From Chiloscyllium plagiosum (taxonomy: Eukaryota): DNA of 64,000 nt. Below are positions 11,660 through 25,342 of the stretch, one piece after another (position 1 is the first letter of the stretch; every line of letters starts with the position of its first letter). Below the pieces are notes generated by a model that saw only the letters and a list, made by a program, of their open reading frames with translations, did no database searches and was not told the DNA's origin. Location of the stretch: assembly GCF_004010195.1 (NCBI RefSeq), contig NC_057753.1, forward strand, positions 1,066,330 through 1,130,329, given 5' to 3'. The translations under genes were made by a program, and so were the position numbers.

Positions 11660-13775
11660 ACCTCTAGCCTTTTTATTCTGACGATCACTTTGTGACATTA
11701 TGCGAACTCCTGAACTTGAAGAAAGCTAACTTTGACGGTATGAGTCATGCTTTGGTAAGGATACGCTGGCCAAGGATACTTAAGGAGTTAACTGGAAATA
11801 GACAACTTCAGTCATTTAAAGAGCAAATGGGTGAACTTCAACAATTGTACATTCCTCACAAGCGTAACAGTAATCAAGAATAGGTGGCTCAACCATAGTT
11901 AACAAGGAAAATCAGGGATAGTGTTAAAGCCAAAGACGAGGCACATAAATCGGCCAGAAAAAGTTGCAAACAGAGGACAGGTAACATTTAAAATTTAACA
12001 GAGGAGGGCGAACAGTTTAATTCAGATAGGGAAAATAAAAGATGAAAGTAAGCTTACGGAAAACATAAAAACATAAAAACCGACTGCAAAAGCCTCTACC
12101 GATATGTGAAGAGGAAAAGACTGGTGAAGACAAATGTAGGTCCTTGCAGTTCGAATCAAGATGAATTCATAATGGACAACAAAGAGACGGCAGACTAGTT
12201 GAACAAGTACTTTGTATCTGTCTTCACGAAGGCACAGCATAAGTAACCTTCTTGAAAAACTGGGGACAGAGGGTTAAACGTGAAGGAGGAACAGAATAAA
12301 ATTCTTAACAGTCAGGAAGTGGTATTGGGGAAATTGATTGGATGAAACACGATAAATGCCCAGGTCCTGATGTTTGCATTCCAGAGTACTTAAAGAAGTG
12401 GCCTGAGAAATAACGGACATGTTGCTGATCATTTCCTAGCATTCTGTAGACTCTGAAAATCATCCAATAGACTGGAGGATAGTAAATGTAGCCCTACTAT
12501 TTAAAAATAGAGGGAGAGAGAAAACGTGTAATGACGGGATGGTCAGCCTGATATCACTGATAGTGAATATGATGGAATCAATTATTAAGGATGTAATAAG
12601 TGAGTATTTGCAAAACGGTGGCAGAATTGGTCTATGTCAGCACGGATTCATAAAAGTGAAATGATACTTGACAAATTTTCTAGACAGTTTTGATGATGTG
12701 ACAAGTCCTGTGGACAAGCGTGAATCAAAAGTTGTTGCATATCTGGACTTTCAAAAGGCTTTTGACAATTTTCTCTACAATAGATAAGTAAGGCAAATCA
12801 ATCTTCATTGTATCAGAGGCAATGTATTTACATGGATCAAAAACTGATTGACAGACAGGAAGCAGAGAGCCGGAAAGAACGATGCATTTTCAGAGTAACA
12901 GGCAGTAATGAATGGTGTGCTGAAGACTTCAGTTCTGGAACCTCTGCTGTTTACAACATACATTAACGATTTGGACGACGAAATTGAATGCAATCTCACC
13001 AAACTTGCAGACGATACCAAACTGAGTCTCAGTGTGTGCTGTGAGGAGGAAGCTAAGAGGCTGCAGGGTGACTTGGACAGTTTGGCTGACTGGGTAAATA
13101 TTTGACAACTTACTTATAAGGCAAATCATTTTCTGAATGGTGAAAGTTTAGGAAAAGGTGAGATGTACGGAGACCTGAGTGTCATGGTGGGACAATCATT
13201 GTTATTCAGGTGCAGCAGGCAATGAAGCAAGCTCATGGCTTAAGGATTTGAGTATAGGAGTGAGGATGTCTTGCTCCAGGTTTGCAGGGCCTTGGTGAGG
13301 CCACACTTTGAGTATTGTATGCTGTTTTGATTTCCAAGTCTGAGGACGGACATTCTTTCTATTGAGGGAGTCCAGCAAAGGCTCACCAGACTGATCCAGG
13401 ATGGCAGGACTGACATATGAAAAAAAAATGAATAGACTGGCCTTATATTTTAAGGAACCGAGAAGAGTTCAGAACTAAGGGTGACAGTGTAAGAATAAGG
13501 ATTAAGCCATTTAGGACTGAGATGAGGAATGAATTGTTCAATTAGAGAGTTGTGAACCTCTGGAATAGTTTATCATAGAAAGCTGTTGGGGCCAGTTCCT
13601 TAGATATATTCAAGAGAGAGCTGGACAAGGCCCATGCATGGAAAGGGATCAAGGGGTATGGAGAAAACAGAAACGGGTTCCTGAATGGCATGATCTGCCA
13701 TGATCATATTGAATGAGGGTGCATGTTTAATGAGTTGAATGGACAACTCTTGCATCTATTTTCTATTTTTCTTCG
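11660..13775 (+). mobile_element. Degenerate CR1 LINE ORF2 and 3' UTR (older family)
   Basis: LNLKKANFDGM, YLDFQKAFD-like segment at ~12740, SVLEPLLFTTYINDLD and KLADDTKL; many stops and frameshifts. Confidence 0.9.
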
Positions 13776-14954
13776 TTTCTGTATGTGTATCCTTGCACCG
13801 ATCACGCTCAGGCAACTTTATATTTTAAGTGTCCTCCTTGTAAATTAATGCTTTTTATTTTTATTTATGTTTTACTGTGGTCTGAAGAAGAAATCATCTT
13901 AAGAAAATATTGCGGAGTAATATTTTTCATTATAATCCAGAAATATAAAACTGGTCCTCTTTTAGACATTGTTTTAAACAAAACTTCAGGACATATGATT
14001 TTTTCAAATATTGCCTATCTTATTCCTTAAAACTGAAACTATTTAAAAATGCCTTTAAACCAAACATTTTGAACAGGCTTTAAGTTATCAGTCTTGGCGC
14101 TTATTATGCGATACTGCTTCCGCCCTTAACTTACACTATTGCTTTTCATTTGTCCCTTGCCGTGCATTGGCAGGCCCCAGAATGTTTAGTGGAGACTATG
14201 CTCCTGAGCTGTGGTACATGCTTTAAAATTTGCCATGATCTCCTGAACTGGATCCTGGACTGAATTCACTCAATTACAAATTCTACTTTATGTCTCACCA
14301 TAACAAAACAATAATTTAGTTATCATGTTTATCCGTACAATGGATTAAATGTTTTAAAACAAGACTACTGTGGTGTCATAATAAACAAATTTCACGAGGA
14401 TTTGAATGTATTCCGAATAACATATATCTGCTGTTTGAGGTAAGGTGTGCGAAGCAAGACCAGAACTGCATAATCTATCAGCTCTGTCTTCACTGAAGGG
14501 TTTCTATCCTTTTGTGCACCTCATTATGTAGGTCATGAATGGACTAAATGTACAAATCAGCATATTAATATTGCAGGTTGATTAGCATTGGTGTTTCTCT
14601 TTGTGAACTAAGGTTGTATTATTTTAGTTGGAATGGTGTCGGTGAGCAGAGAGTTTTGAAACTTGACCTGCAGAAATACTATGATCAACATTAGTATTGA
14701 GAGCGAATTACTAAACTTTGAACTCTTTAGGAGCAAAAAGCAAGGCATCGTTCTGTTGTGGAAACATTCTTTCCATTGGTCTTTATCCGGCATTGAGCAG
14801 GATATCGAGGGGAGAATTGAATGTTCAAATAATTTAACACTGAATCGAAATGCGCACATTTTTACCTTCAGATCACTATAATGTTTTAGTCAATATTTTA
14901 AAAATGCATGTGATTAGCAAAGATTAGGGCGTGACCTTGCGCAAAAGTGAAGAA

Positions 14955-15110
14955 AATTTCAAGGGCATTTAAATAGTCATTGGATAAACATATGGATGAA
15001 AATGGTATAGTGTAGGTTAGATGGGCTTCAGATTGGTTCCACAGGTCAGTGCAACATCGAGAGCCGAAGGGCCTGCACTGCACTGTAATGTTCTATGTTC
15101 TTTGTTCTAA
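14955..15110 (+). mobile_element. Short CR1 3' end with (TTCTATG)-type tail
   Basis: gagccgaagggcctgcactgcactgtaatgttctatgttct; same family as 63385-63670 on the minus strand. Confidence 0.85.
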
Positions 15111-15581
15111 TTTGACCGAAGCAAGCTGGCATAATTACCGTCAGTCACATTGGTGCCAACAATGCTTCAGAAAATGAGAATTTCAGCTGGATAAGAATGA
15201 CAGGAAGTGTGCAAAGATGGTATCATACATTGATATATTATGGATTCCTCGCTTGATTTTTCGGTGAAGCTAACTGTAGAAGAACACTTAGCTTGAAACA
15301 AAAAAGAAATCAGCCAACAAAACATGAGCTATTACTTGTTGCCAAATTGGTTAGAAACTGCTGTTGCCTGCAGGAAAAAATGGCTGATGAACGACAAACT
15401 TTAGGTGACAGTGGAGAAGGGGAATGACTCCACCTCCCCAGACTGTGCCAACCTCTCCACAAACGATCATCACACATGAAATATGAGGTATAAGGTTAAC
15501 ACTTTCAATGTGGCTCCCATTTTACATTCATATTGCTGCCTCAAGAAATGAGGTGAATGCGCTGATTGAGGAAAGATGGTT

Positions 15582-15830
15582 GTCCCCTGGCTGGGCGACA
15601 TCATCAGTGCTTGGGAGCCTGCTGCGAAGCGCTTCTTTGATGTTTCCTCCGGTGTGACAGACCACTATAAACACCGGAGGAAACATCAAAGAAGCGCTTC
15701 GCAGGAGGCTCCCAAGCACTGATGATGTCGCCTAGCCAGGGGACGAAACGTTTGCAACAAAAACTTCCAGCTCGGCGAACAGAACCACAGCAATGAGCAC
15801 CCGAGCTACAAATCTTGGCACAAACTTTGA
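15582..15830 (+). mobile_element. Short non-autonomous Penelope-like element with an inverted terminal duplication
   Basis: 74-bp inverted repeat (15582-15655 / 15671-15744, 2 mismatches). The 3' end gagcacccgagctacaaatctt..cacaaactttga is shared with 50779-50965. Confidence 0.85.
15716..15755 (+). ncRNA. Minimal hammerhead ribozyme motif (Penelope-associated)
   Basis: GCA-CTGATGA-tGTCgCCTagccAGGgGAC-GAAAC-GTT-TGC: both conserved core boxes, stem II, a GCA/TGC stem I, and a palindromic AAACGTTT in place of stem III. Confidence 0.75.
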
Positions 15831-15859
15831 ACACTTCTGACTGAGCAGCATTCCCTCAG

Positions 15860-16577
15860 CACTGGCATTTGAACATCATTCTTGGATGACTTTGCACGAG
15901 GGGGAAAAGGGAACTTTCCTTGCAACTGGAAAAGATGCAAACCCTGCCGTATACCACGCCCCTCACCTCCATCCAGGGCCTCAACCAGTCCTTCCAGGTG
16001 AAACAGAAGTCGACCAGCCTCTCTTCCAAATTATTGTACTGCATCTGGTGCTCCAGATCTGGTCTTCACTACATCAGGAGACCGAATATAAACTTGGGGA
16101 ATGGTTCATCGAGCATTGTACGGGCTGACCAGACCTCCCAGTCACCGCCTATTTCAATTCCCCCAACCACTCTCTTTCTGATATGACTATCCTTGGCCTC
16201 CTGCATTGCGACAATGAACCACACCACAAATTGGAGGAACAACAACTCAACTTCTGCCTGGCCACCCAATAGCCCGGAGGACTCAACATTGAGTTGTCCA
16301 ATTTGAAATAACATCCCTTCCCTGCCCGTCCCCCTCCCTTCCGCTGCCCCCTTCCACCAACCGGATTCATTCCTCCTATTGACCAACCAGATCGTACCCT
16401 TTCCCTCTTTTCACCTATCCACCATTCACCACCAGGATCCCGCTACCCCCTTTATCTGCAGCTCCACCCACACCCACCTTCAGTCTTGAAGAAGGGTAAG
16501 ACACGAAACGTCCACTTCTCCACTTCCTGATGATGCATGGCTTGCTGTGTTTTTCCAATCTGTTGCCTGTCTACTTC
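15860..16577 (+). mobile_element. Penelope-like element 3' fragment (degenerate GIY-YIG endonuclease and 3' end)
   Basis: LLYCIWCSRSGLHYI and ETEYKLGEWFIEH resemble the GIY-YIG motif VYCIxCxxCxLxYIGET. Decayed hammerhead at 16481-16515. Same family as 60120-60690. Confidence 0.85.
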
Positions 16578-16585
16578 TAATTATG

Positions 16586-17641
16586 CAACTGACAAGCACC
16601 ATGTTAGGAGTGATGATGTCATGCACTTATGAAATACTGGATCAAAGTCTTTAGGGAATGAAGTAGTATATCTTTCAGAAAATACAGTGACATAACTATA
16701 ATATTTCTTTTTTTTTCACCCTCAAGGAATTAGTTTGCAAATAGCGTTTCCACCAGACGCATTTTTGTGCAACATTTGTTCGAGCAATTTTCCTCAAATT
16801 GGCTATGCTAAATTTTCCATAGTGTTAGGTACATCATTCAGAGGGGAATGGGTCTGGGTGGGTTACTCTTCGGAAGGTTGGTGTGGACTTGTTGGGCCAA
16901 ATGGCCTGTTTCCGCACTGCATGGAATCTAATCAAAATGATGATTTGAGAACCATTGCTAGCAAGAAGCAATCAGCAGTTCCAAGAATAAAGATCATGTG
17001 ACAATGGCCATTGCACAATTGCACAAAAGCAAACTTCAAACGAATTCTGTAATAAGCAAGAACTCAGTGCCACAGTGAAGAACTGTTCAGCAAACACATG
17101 GTGAGATGCTGAACAACTGACAAGCACCATGTTAGGAGTGATGATGTCATGCACTTATGAAATACTGGATCAAAGTCTTTAGGGAATGAAGTAGTATATC
17201 TTTCAGAAAATACAGTGACATAACTATAATATTTCTTTTTTTTTCACCCTCAAGGAATTAGTTTGCAAATAGCGTTTCCACCAGACGCATTTTTGTGCAA
17301 CATTTGTTCGAGCAATTTTCCTCAAATTGGCTATGCTAAATTTTCCATAGTGTTAGGTACATCATTCAGAGGGGAATGGGTCTGGGTGGGTTACTCTTCG
17401 GAAGGTTGGTGTGGACTTGTTGGGCCAAATGGCCTGTTTCCGCACTGCATGGAATCTAATCAAAATGATGATTTGAGAACCATTGCTAGCAAGAAGCAAT
17501 CAGCAGTTCCAAGAATAAAGATCATGTGACAATGGCCATTGCACAATTGCACAAAAGCAAACTTCAAACGAATTCTGTAATAAGCAAGAACTCAGTGCCA
17601 CAGTGAAGAACTGTTCAGCAAACACATGGTGAGATGCTGAA
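16586..17641 (+). repeat. Tandem duplication, 2 x 528 bp, apparently identical; each unit contains an HE1 SINE 3' half
   Basis: 16586-17113 matches 17114-17641, with identical 88-aa ORFs at 16735 and 17263. Confidence 0.97.
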
Positions 17642-17661
17642 AGAAGATAACTACGTTTTGT

Positions 17662-17971
17662 GGGTGGCACGGTGGCTCAGTGGTTAGCACTGCAGCCTCA
17701 CAGCACCAGGTTCAATTCCAACTTCGGGCGATTGTCTGTGTGGAATTTGCACATTCTCCTCGTGTCTGCGTGAGTTCCCTCCAGGTGCTCCGGTTTCCTC
17801 CCACAGTCCAAAGATGTGCAGGTTAGGTGAATTAGCCATGCTAAATTACCCATAGAGTTAGGTGCATTAGTCCGAGGGAAATGGGCCTGGGTGGGTTAGT
17901 CTTCGGAGGGTCGGTGTGGACTTGTTGGTCCGAAGGGCTTGGTTCCATACTGTAGGGAATCTAATCTAATC
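17662..17971 (+). mobile_element. HE1-type SINE
   Basis: gggtggcacggtggctcagtggttagcactg head, CR1-like tail and aatctaatctaatc end. Confidence 0.92.
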
Positions 17972-18979
17972 AAAGTCTCAAGATTTACCAGTCAAGTGAA
18001 GGAATGGTACATCTATGCAAAAATGCAAGGGTGCCTTCCTCTTTATTATCAAGCGGAATTAAATAATGATGAACGAGAAGTTGGGTTGGAACTTTAATTC
18101 TGTTTTGCCTTCTCAGTAGTGTGCAGAACAAATGAAGTTACAAAGAGTCATACTGGAATATCTGCGCTAGAAAAATAGAAGTCTATCCTCCCATTTACAT
18201 GCACAGCAAGTATAATCTTATATCAACTTAATATACATATGAAAACAAATAATAAGTACATTGAAGTTATGTAATTGTATGGCTTGGAGTGATAGAAACG
18301 CGCGTTTATGTAGATCGATAAAGTAAATCCTCAGTCACTCGCTGTGAAATTGATAGTCAGACAGATAAACATGAGGATTGAGGAAAAATGGATAAAGAGA
18401 CAGGTCAAAAGAAGGGGGGAATTACACTATGTTACCAGAGTGCACACCTGTAGAGAGAAATATTGGGGGTGCCAGGCGTGGTGGAAGGGAGAGGAAGAAA
18501 GATCACTATTATAAATTTGCTAATAGAAAGTCGCAATTGTAACAATAAAGCCATCAGCTGTGCATCGTGAAATTTAAATATTGTTGGTTGGGTTGCATTG
18601 TCGACAGTGTTTATCTGATGTGTTGTCAATGTGGAAAATTTTCGATTTCACCTTCATTGTATGTAAATCTCACTGTGTGCTGATATTTGATTAACTGAAT
18701 GATGAGACTGCACAACAGATCTGTAATAATATCATGAAGAGTGGGAGGCAGAAGCTGGAAATTTGCATATATACTGATAGGGAATGGATTACACGATATG
18801 AGAGTGCACCAGAATTTATAATAGTGATGGGATACGAAAGCACGATGTGAAAGTTGCAGTATATATTTGCATCTGACCGATTGTGCGCTGTAATACAGAT
18901 ACAAGGCTGTGCAATAATATGATAGAATAGAACAAGAATATAGGAGATGAAAACTACAACGCATATTTCAATTTAAATG

Positions 18980-19290
18980 GGGCAGCTATTAGGACGACTG
19001 CCTCACAGCACCAGGAAACCAAGTTCGATTCCATCCTCGGGCGACTGTCTGTGTTGACATTGGATGTTCTTCTTTGTCTGTGTAGGTTTCTTCCGACTGC
19101 TCCAGTTTCATCCCACTGTCCAAAGATGTCCATGCTGCAATTGGATGTAGAGACTAGGTGGATTAGCTAGGGTAGATGTGGCGTTAGGGGTTATTTTGGG
19201 TAGCTGGTCTGTGTGGGATGCTCTACAGAGTCAGTATGGATTCGATGGTTTGAACGGCCTCCTTCCACACTGTAGAGATGCCATGATCTG
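18980..19290 (+). mobile_element. Degenerate HE1-type SINE
   Basis: ctgcctcacagcaccagg..gttcgattcc..gggcgactgtctgtgt. Confidence 0.8.
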
Positions 19291-20825
19291 AGATCTAACA
19301 TAATAGAAATTAGATCTGAATGACAGGAAGGGCAATACTTAGACCACCCATGCCACATTAGAGAGGAAGCTTTCATCTCAGATCCTACATTAATACTCAA
19401 GTTATAATCAGATGTATGTGAGGAAAGGACCAAGTTAAGAATTGTAAACAGATTCAGGCTTCTACTGCAGTTTGGAAACGAGAAAACATAGCTTATCCCA
19501 ACAGTTAATTGTTCTCATTCAGTGAAAATTCTCCCTTCCAATTGAATTCATACTTCCACGTTACAAGCCTTAAAACAGTTAATCTGCGCAGGTTATTTTT
19601 ATTCACTGTTACAGAACAAATCCTAACGTGCTTTGCTTGTTTTCTGTAAGTCATAATCCGCCAGGCAAGTGCTTTCTTTTAGTTCTCTTTTATGATTTTT
19701 GTAAAATGATGCACTTTTTAATGAGTTTTGGATATGTGCTTTGATTATGTATGCATTATTCCCAGTTGAGTGTTGTCAGCCCCCACAGGAATTGATTGAG
19801 GATTGTAACTTACGTGATTTCAAAGGAAAACCAATGGGCTATTTGATAGAATGGCCTGCTGAAAATTTGGATAAGTTATACTGGTGTAAACTTACAAAAG
19901 AAACTTGTCATCCACCTATGGTGTATTATATGCGCTACTCCCATTGCACATCAATGTATTTGACCCCGAACAACACCCAGAAGTGTCCGAGTAAACCAGT
20001 CAGTTATAACACACTATTGGACATAATGAGACTGGGATGGATGAAGCACTGGGCTGTGATCTCGGAAAATAAAGCAGAGTGAACAACGAAAAAGACAACA
20101 GCCAGTTCAGTCGACCCTACAAATTCGTCCACGCTCGCAAATGAAGCATAGCGCCAAGCGAAGAATGATGCCTCAAGTTATAGTTCTGCAGCTACTTGAT
20201 GCATCCATAATCCCAGATCCAAGCAACGTTTTAAGATCCCGAGGTCTCCCACCGTCAACTTGAGATAATTCCTCTCCTCTATTGGGACAAAGACACCACG
20301 TAAATGGGAATGTTGTGTTGTGAACAGTGGCCCTGACATGGTGGTGCACTCCATGACCTTTCATGACGTTGTTGCAAACATGGAGAAGGAAACGAATGGC
20401 TAGTTCATAGCTTCGGTTAGCAAATTAATCTACATTCTGCACACTTTAACCACTTCAAAAAAAAAAGGCTTTGATCAAATTCCTTCGCTTAAATTTAGTG
20501 CTGCTGTGTGAATATTTATCTGGCAATATTACTGCCAGGGGCGAACACACGGTCGTGGGGAAGGAAAGGTATATGGGAAGGAAATTAAGTTAACTCTTCA
20601 CCTTAAGAGAATGATCTACATATGTTATTACACTCTGACTGGGTTACATAAGATAACTTCAGATCAGATCTAGAAACTCAAAGTTAGACTTTCGTCTTGA
20701 CCATCAGCAAAAACAATAAAGAAAAATGGGAATCAACTGCAAGCTCTAACGTGCTAACCCGTCATATTCCTCAATCCTCTATCAGCAGTGATTTAAAAGT
20801 ATGAACTTGGACTTTGGAAAGATTT

Positions 20826-21705
20826 ATAGAGTCAGAGAGTCATATAGATATACAGCACGGAAACATACCCTTCAGTCCAACTCTCCATGCTGACCACATA
20901 TTCCAGCCCAATCTAGCCCCACCTGCCAGCACCCAGCCCATATCCCTCCAAACTCTTCTTATTCATATACTCATCCAGATGCTTTTTAAATGTTGCAATA
21001 GTACTAGTCTCCTCCACTTCCTCTGGCAGCTCATTCCATACACGTACCACCCTCTGCATGAAAACGTTACCCCTGAAGTACGTTTTATATCTTACCCATC
21101 TCACCCTAAACCTACGCTTTCTAGTTTAGGAAAGAAACTTTGTCTATTTATCCTATCCATGCCCCTCATGATTTTATAAACCTCTATAAGGCCCCCCTCA
21201 GTCTCTGACGCTCCAGGGAAACCAACCTCATCCTATTCAACCTCTCCTTATAGCTCGAATCATCCAACCCTGGCATCATTCTTGTAAGTCTTTTCTGCAT
21301 TATTTCAAGATTCACAATATTTTTCCAATTGGAAGGAGAACAGAATTGCACACAATATTCCAAAAGTGGCCTAACCAACCTCCTATACAGCTGCAAAAAT
21401 GACCTCCCAACTCCTCTATCAATACTATGACCAATAATGTAGAGTTTCCCAAATGCTTTCATCACTGTCTTATTTACCTGCGACTCCACTTTCAAGGATC
21501 TATGAACCTGCACTCCAAGGTCTCTTTGTTCAGCAACATTTGCTCGGACCTTGCCATGAAGTGCATAAGTCCTGTTAAGATTTGCTTTCCCAAAATGCAG
21601 CACCTCGCATTTATCTAAATTAAACTCCATCTGCTACTTCTCAGTCCATTGTCCCATCTGCTCAAGATCCCATTGTAATCTGAGGTAACATTCTTCGCTC
21701 TAAGA
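20826..21705 (-). mobile_element. CR1 LINE 3' fragment
   Basis: Minus-strand ORF MEFNLDKCEVLHFGK...LEYCVQFCSP and VRVWNELPEEV. Confidence 0.93.
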
Positions 21706-21814
21706 ATTTGTTTGTTCGAAGATATCACCATGTGTCTCAGAAAATACTGCACCAACCTGTTAAAGCAACAAGCTTGGACCTCATGCATCTGCTCATTAAA
21801 AGAAAAGTTAAAAA

Positions 21815-23590
21815 TCAAACAACACCACGTTATAGCCCAACTGATTTATTTGGAGGCACTAGCTTTCGAAGTGCTGCTCCTTCATCATGCGATTGTGAAA
21901 CAGAGCCACAAGACACAAAATGTTTAGTAAAATATTAGTGTCATGCGGCTGAAATGATGAACCTAGGTTACGTCTTTCACCTTTTAAAATAGGTTTTCTC
22001 GTTTCGGTTCTTTAATATGTACATCCCAGAACTTCTTTTAAGACACATTCAGATTTTCTAACAAAAGGTGCCACCACAGCTCCGACATTGCATTAAAGGT
22101 GTGAGATTAAAGTCTGTCTCTGTCCCAACCTTGAGTCAGACTAGTTCTATTTATAAAGTGGATACGTAGAATTTTACATGGATTGACTGCATTTTTAAGC
22201 AAAATAGAATGTATGTGCAAATATAATTCTGTACATGCAATTCAACCCATAAGCGTATATGTGTGCACGTGCAGGAGAGACAGAGCGAGTGTGTCCATGT
22301 GATTGTAAGTACATGTGAGAAAGTGTGTGTTTATGTATGTGTAAGCTTGGTAAAGTATGTATGTGAGTGTGATGGTGTATAAGTCTGTAAGAGTGTGCGT
22401 GGGTGGGTGTGAATGTGGGGATTGTATGTGCGTGTGTATATTAGAGAGAGATGGTGAATGAGACAGGGTCAGCATGAGTGTGTGAGTATATACGTATTTG
22501 TGTGTGCGCACGTGCGTGCGTGTTTGCGCGTGCGTGCGTTTGTGTGTACAGTGTGTACATGCCATGTGACATGAACCAAAGGTTCTGCTTGAGGCCATCC
22601 TTATGAGTACTGAAATTAGCTATCAGTCTCTGCTCGGCCACTTTGTAATATTGCCTGTCCCGAAGTCCACCTTGGATTATGGTCACCCGAAGATCCGAGA
22701 CCGAATTTCTCGGACCGCTGAAGTGTTCCCTGAATGGGGTGGGGGGAATTGTTTTGCGATGTCCATTTCATCCGTGTCCTTGCAAATGTACCATGCACGG
22801 TCTCGCTACTTTATAATGCCTCAGGTCATCTTTGCCTGCAGCGTGTGAGATAGATAACGCTGACTGAGTCACTTGAGTACCTGCCACATACCTTGTGGGT
22901 GGTGTCCCCACGTATAATGGTGGCATGCATATTGGCACTCTGACATGTCTTGCAGCGGTTGCTGTGACGGGGTTGTACGGTATTGTGGTCGACCACAACA
23001 ATCACGAGGCCGGGATGTTTCCTTCCAGCTAGGCAACACTTCAGCGGTCCAGGATATTCTGTCTCGTACGTTCAGATGACCATCCTCCAAGGCGGACTTC
23101 AGGCCAGGCAACTATGCAAAGTGACTGAGCAAGGCTGATTAACAAGTATGGTACCCATGAAGATGGCCTTAACTGGCACTTTGGTTTCATGTCACACTAC
23201 AGGTGACCCTAGTGCTTTCCACACGCTCTCACAGACGCACACTCAACACCCAAACCCAAACCCATCACACCCCAAACTCAAATGCGCTCACACACCCTCT
23301 CACAGGCTTATAACCAATCGCACTCACAAACATACCTTAACAAGCGTACACACACTCAAAAATACTCTCTCACATGCACTCACATTCATATGCACACACT
23401 CACATGCACACACTCACTGTCTCTTCGGCACATGCACACATATAAGTTTATGGGGTGAATTTGTATCTGCAGAATTATATTTGCAGGTACGCTGTATTCT
23501 GCTCAAAAAATCATTGCCTTCAGTCAATCCATGTAATATTCTATAAATCCTACTTTAGATATAGAACCAGTCTGACTCAAGATTGGGACA
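21815..23590. mobile_element. Penelope-like element remnant in an inverted arrangement, with GIY-YIG C-terminus and CA/GT-rich tracts
   Basis: IIQGGLRDRQYYKVAEQRLIANFSTHKDGL on the minus strand. About 22121-22745 is the reverse complement of about 23000-23590. Decayed hammerhead at 21857-21895 (-). Confidence 0.8.
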
Positions 23591-24249
23591 TCGACGAGAG
23601 CCTCATCAGTTTTGGAGATGCAGCTCACGAATTGCTCGTGAAGTCAAGTTTGGATAGAATGATCTGGGGACAAAACAATGAAATATTATGGCTAAATTAC
23701 ATAGGCATCTCTTGCACAATCTAGAATTTCAAACCTAACTCACTGATTTAATTTGTAGACCTAACGTACTTAAACTATTTGATGAACTGTTTTCAGGGAA
23801 ACATTATATCATTCGATGGCAAGTCAGGGATGGAAGTTTACAGTTACAGTCTACCTAATCAGAGCAAAAGTGAAGAAAGCTTTTTTCACACAAAGGATAA
23901 GGTAAATATGGAACATTCCGTCAAAACTATAAAACAGGCTTGTTGATAAAGTGGAGTGATATAAATGCCTGATACTGCTGACAACGCATGACACTGCGTT
24001 GTGTCAAAATTCCCAGGAAAGGCTGAGTTTCTGTCAAGGCTATTTGAAATATTAACAGGAAGTCGCAGTTCAGCAGTGCCAAGCAATGGACACTCAATCC
24101 AGACATAAAATTGCATAATATTACAAAATATTACAGGACTGCTCCGTCCAGAGAAGTCAGTACGGTGTGGTCATGCATGCAATGTGTGAGGATTAATATT
24201 TTTTGTACTCATACCTGTTTCTATTTTTTAGAGTAAAATCTTAGCATAT

Positions 24250-24720
24250 CAAATCGTATTTAGGAACATGCGACGTAGCGTCAATCAGCCCGATCAACTC
24301 CTCCACTATTGAACACAATTGTGCTTGTTAGAAAACTCAATCCCACATTATCTCACTAATTTTTCACACAACTGGTAATCAGAAATCTATCAATGCTTAC
24401 TTTAAACCCTTTCAAACATTAAGCTTCTACATCCATCTGTGATAGCGAATTTCAAAGGTGAACGACCATCCGAGTAAGAAAAGGATTTCCTGTTATTTTT
24501 CTCATAAGTTTTATCCCCCTTATTTTAAATTATGCCTCCGATTATAGTCTCCACGACTAGAGGGCAAACATCTTCCTGCATCGATCTTATGCATTCCTTT
24601 AAGTATTTCGCAAGTTTCAGTAATATCACCTCTCAGTCATTGAAACTCCAGACAATTCAGCCCCAGTTTCGCCAATCTCTGTACATTGAACAGTTCCACC
24701 TCTCTGGAAACAGATTCTAT
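24250..24720 (-). mobile_element. Highly degenerate CR1 3' fragment
   Basis: Weak similarity to the reverse complement of CR1 3' regions elsewhere in the window. Confidence 0.55.
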
Positions 24721-25342
24721 CTGTTTTCTTTCTACTATTAAGACCTGCGCTTGTTCAGTACTATACCTTTTCATATCATATGTCATATATCGACCACGTT
24801 TTCTGTGCTGTAACTGCGATTGCACACTTTGTTGTTCTCACTATTCGGCACACTGAAGTCGAAGGATCACTTACCTTTCTTGTTCTTAACAATGTCATCT
24901 TAATGTTTGGTACAAAGCAACAATGATCCGAAGTTATACTCTATTTGAGGCAGTGTTACGTTTTGGTTCCAATGTTGTGCACACGAAATGAGATAATATT
25001 TCAGTGCTGGATTCATCCTTATTTATACTGGTGGACAGCGACGTAGGAATAATCTAAAATAGTTATATAGCTATGTTGAGCGAGCACAAGCTGGGTTTAT
25101 TTCCAATTAAATATTAACATACCTGGAGGATTATTAAGAGAGGGTGAGATTTTGCAATTAGTACAATCACTGTTCACGGATTTGAGGTAAAATGAAGACA
25201 GTTTAGAAACAAAACAGAGCAATGGGGTGAAAAATTGGAAGTATAACTTGCCCTGAATGCTACAGAGCAATGGGAAAGTAGGTGCCGTGAAATATTTTGT
25301 GAATGATACAGGCTGAAAAGCTGCTAGTAAAGCTGTTAAATT

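Noticed and set aside
16735..17529. Two identical 88-aa ORFs as duplicated genes
   Set aside because: They start at TTG, run through a SINE 3' half, and are identical only because of the 528-bp duplication.
19741..20082. 113-aa Cys-containing ORF
   Set aside because: No recognisable domain, and its 3' part resembles a decayed LINE segment.
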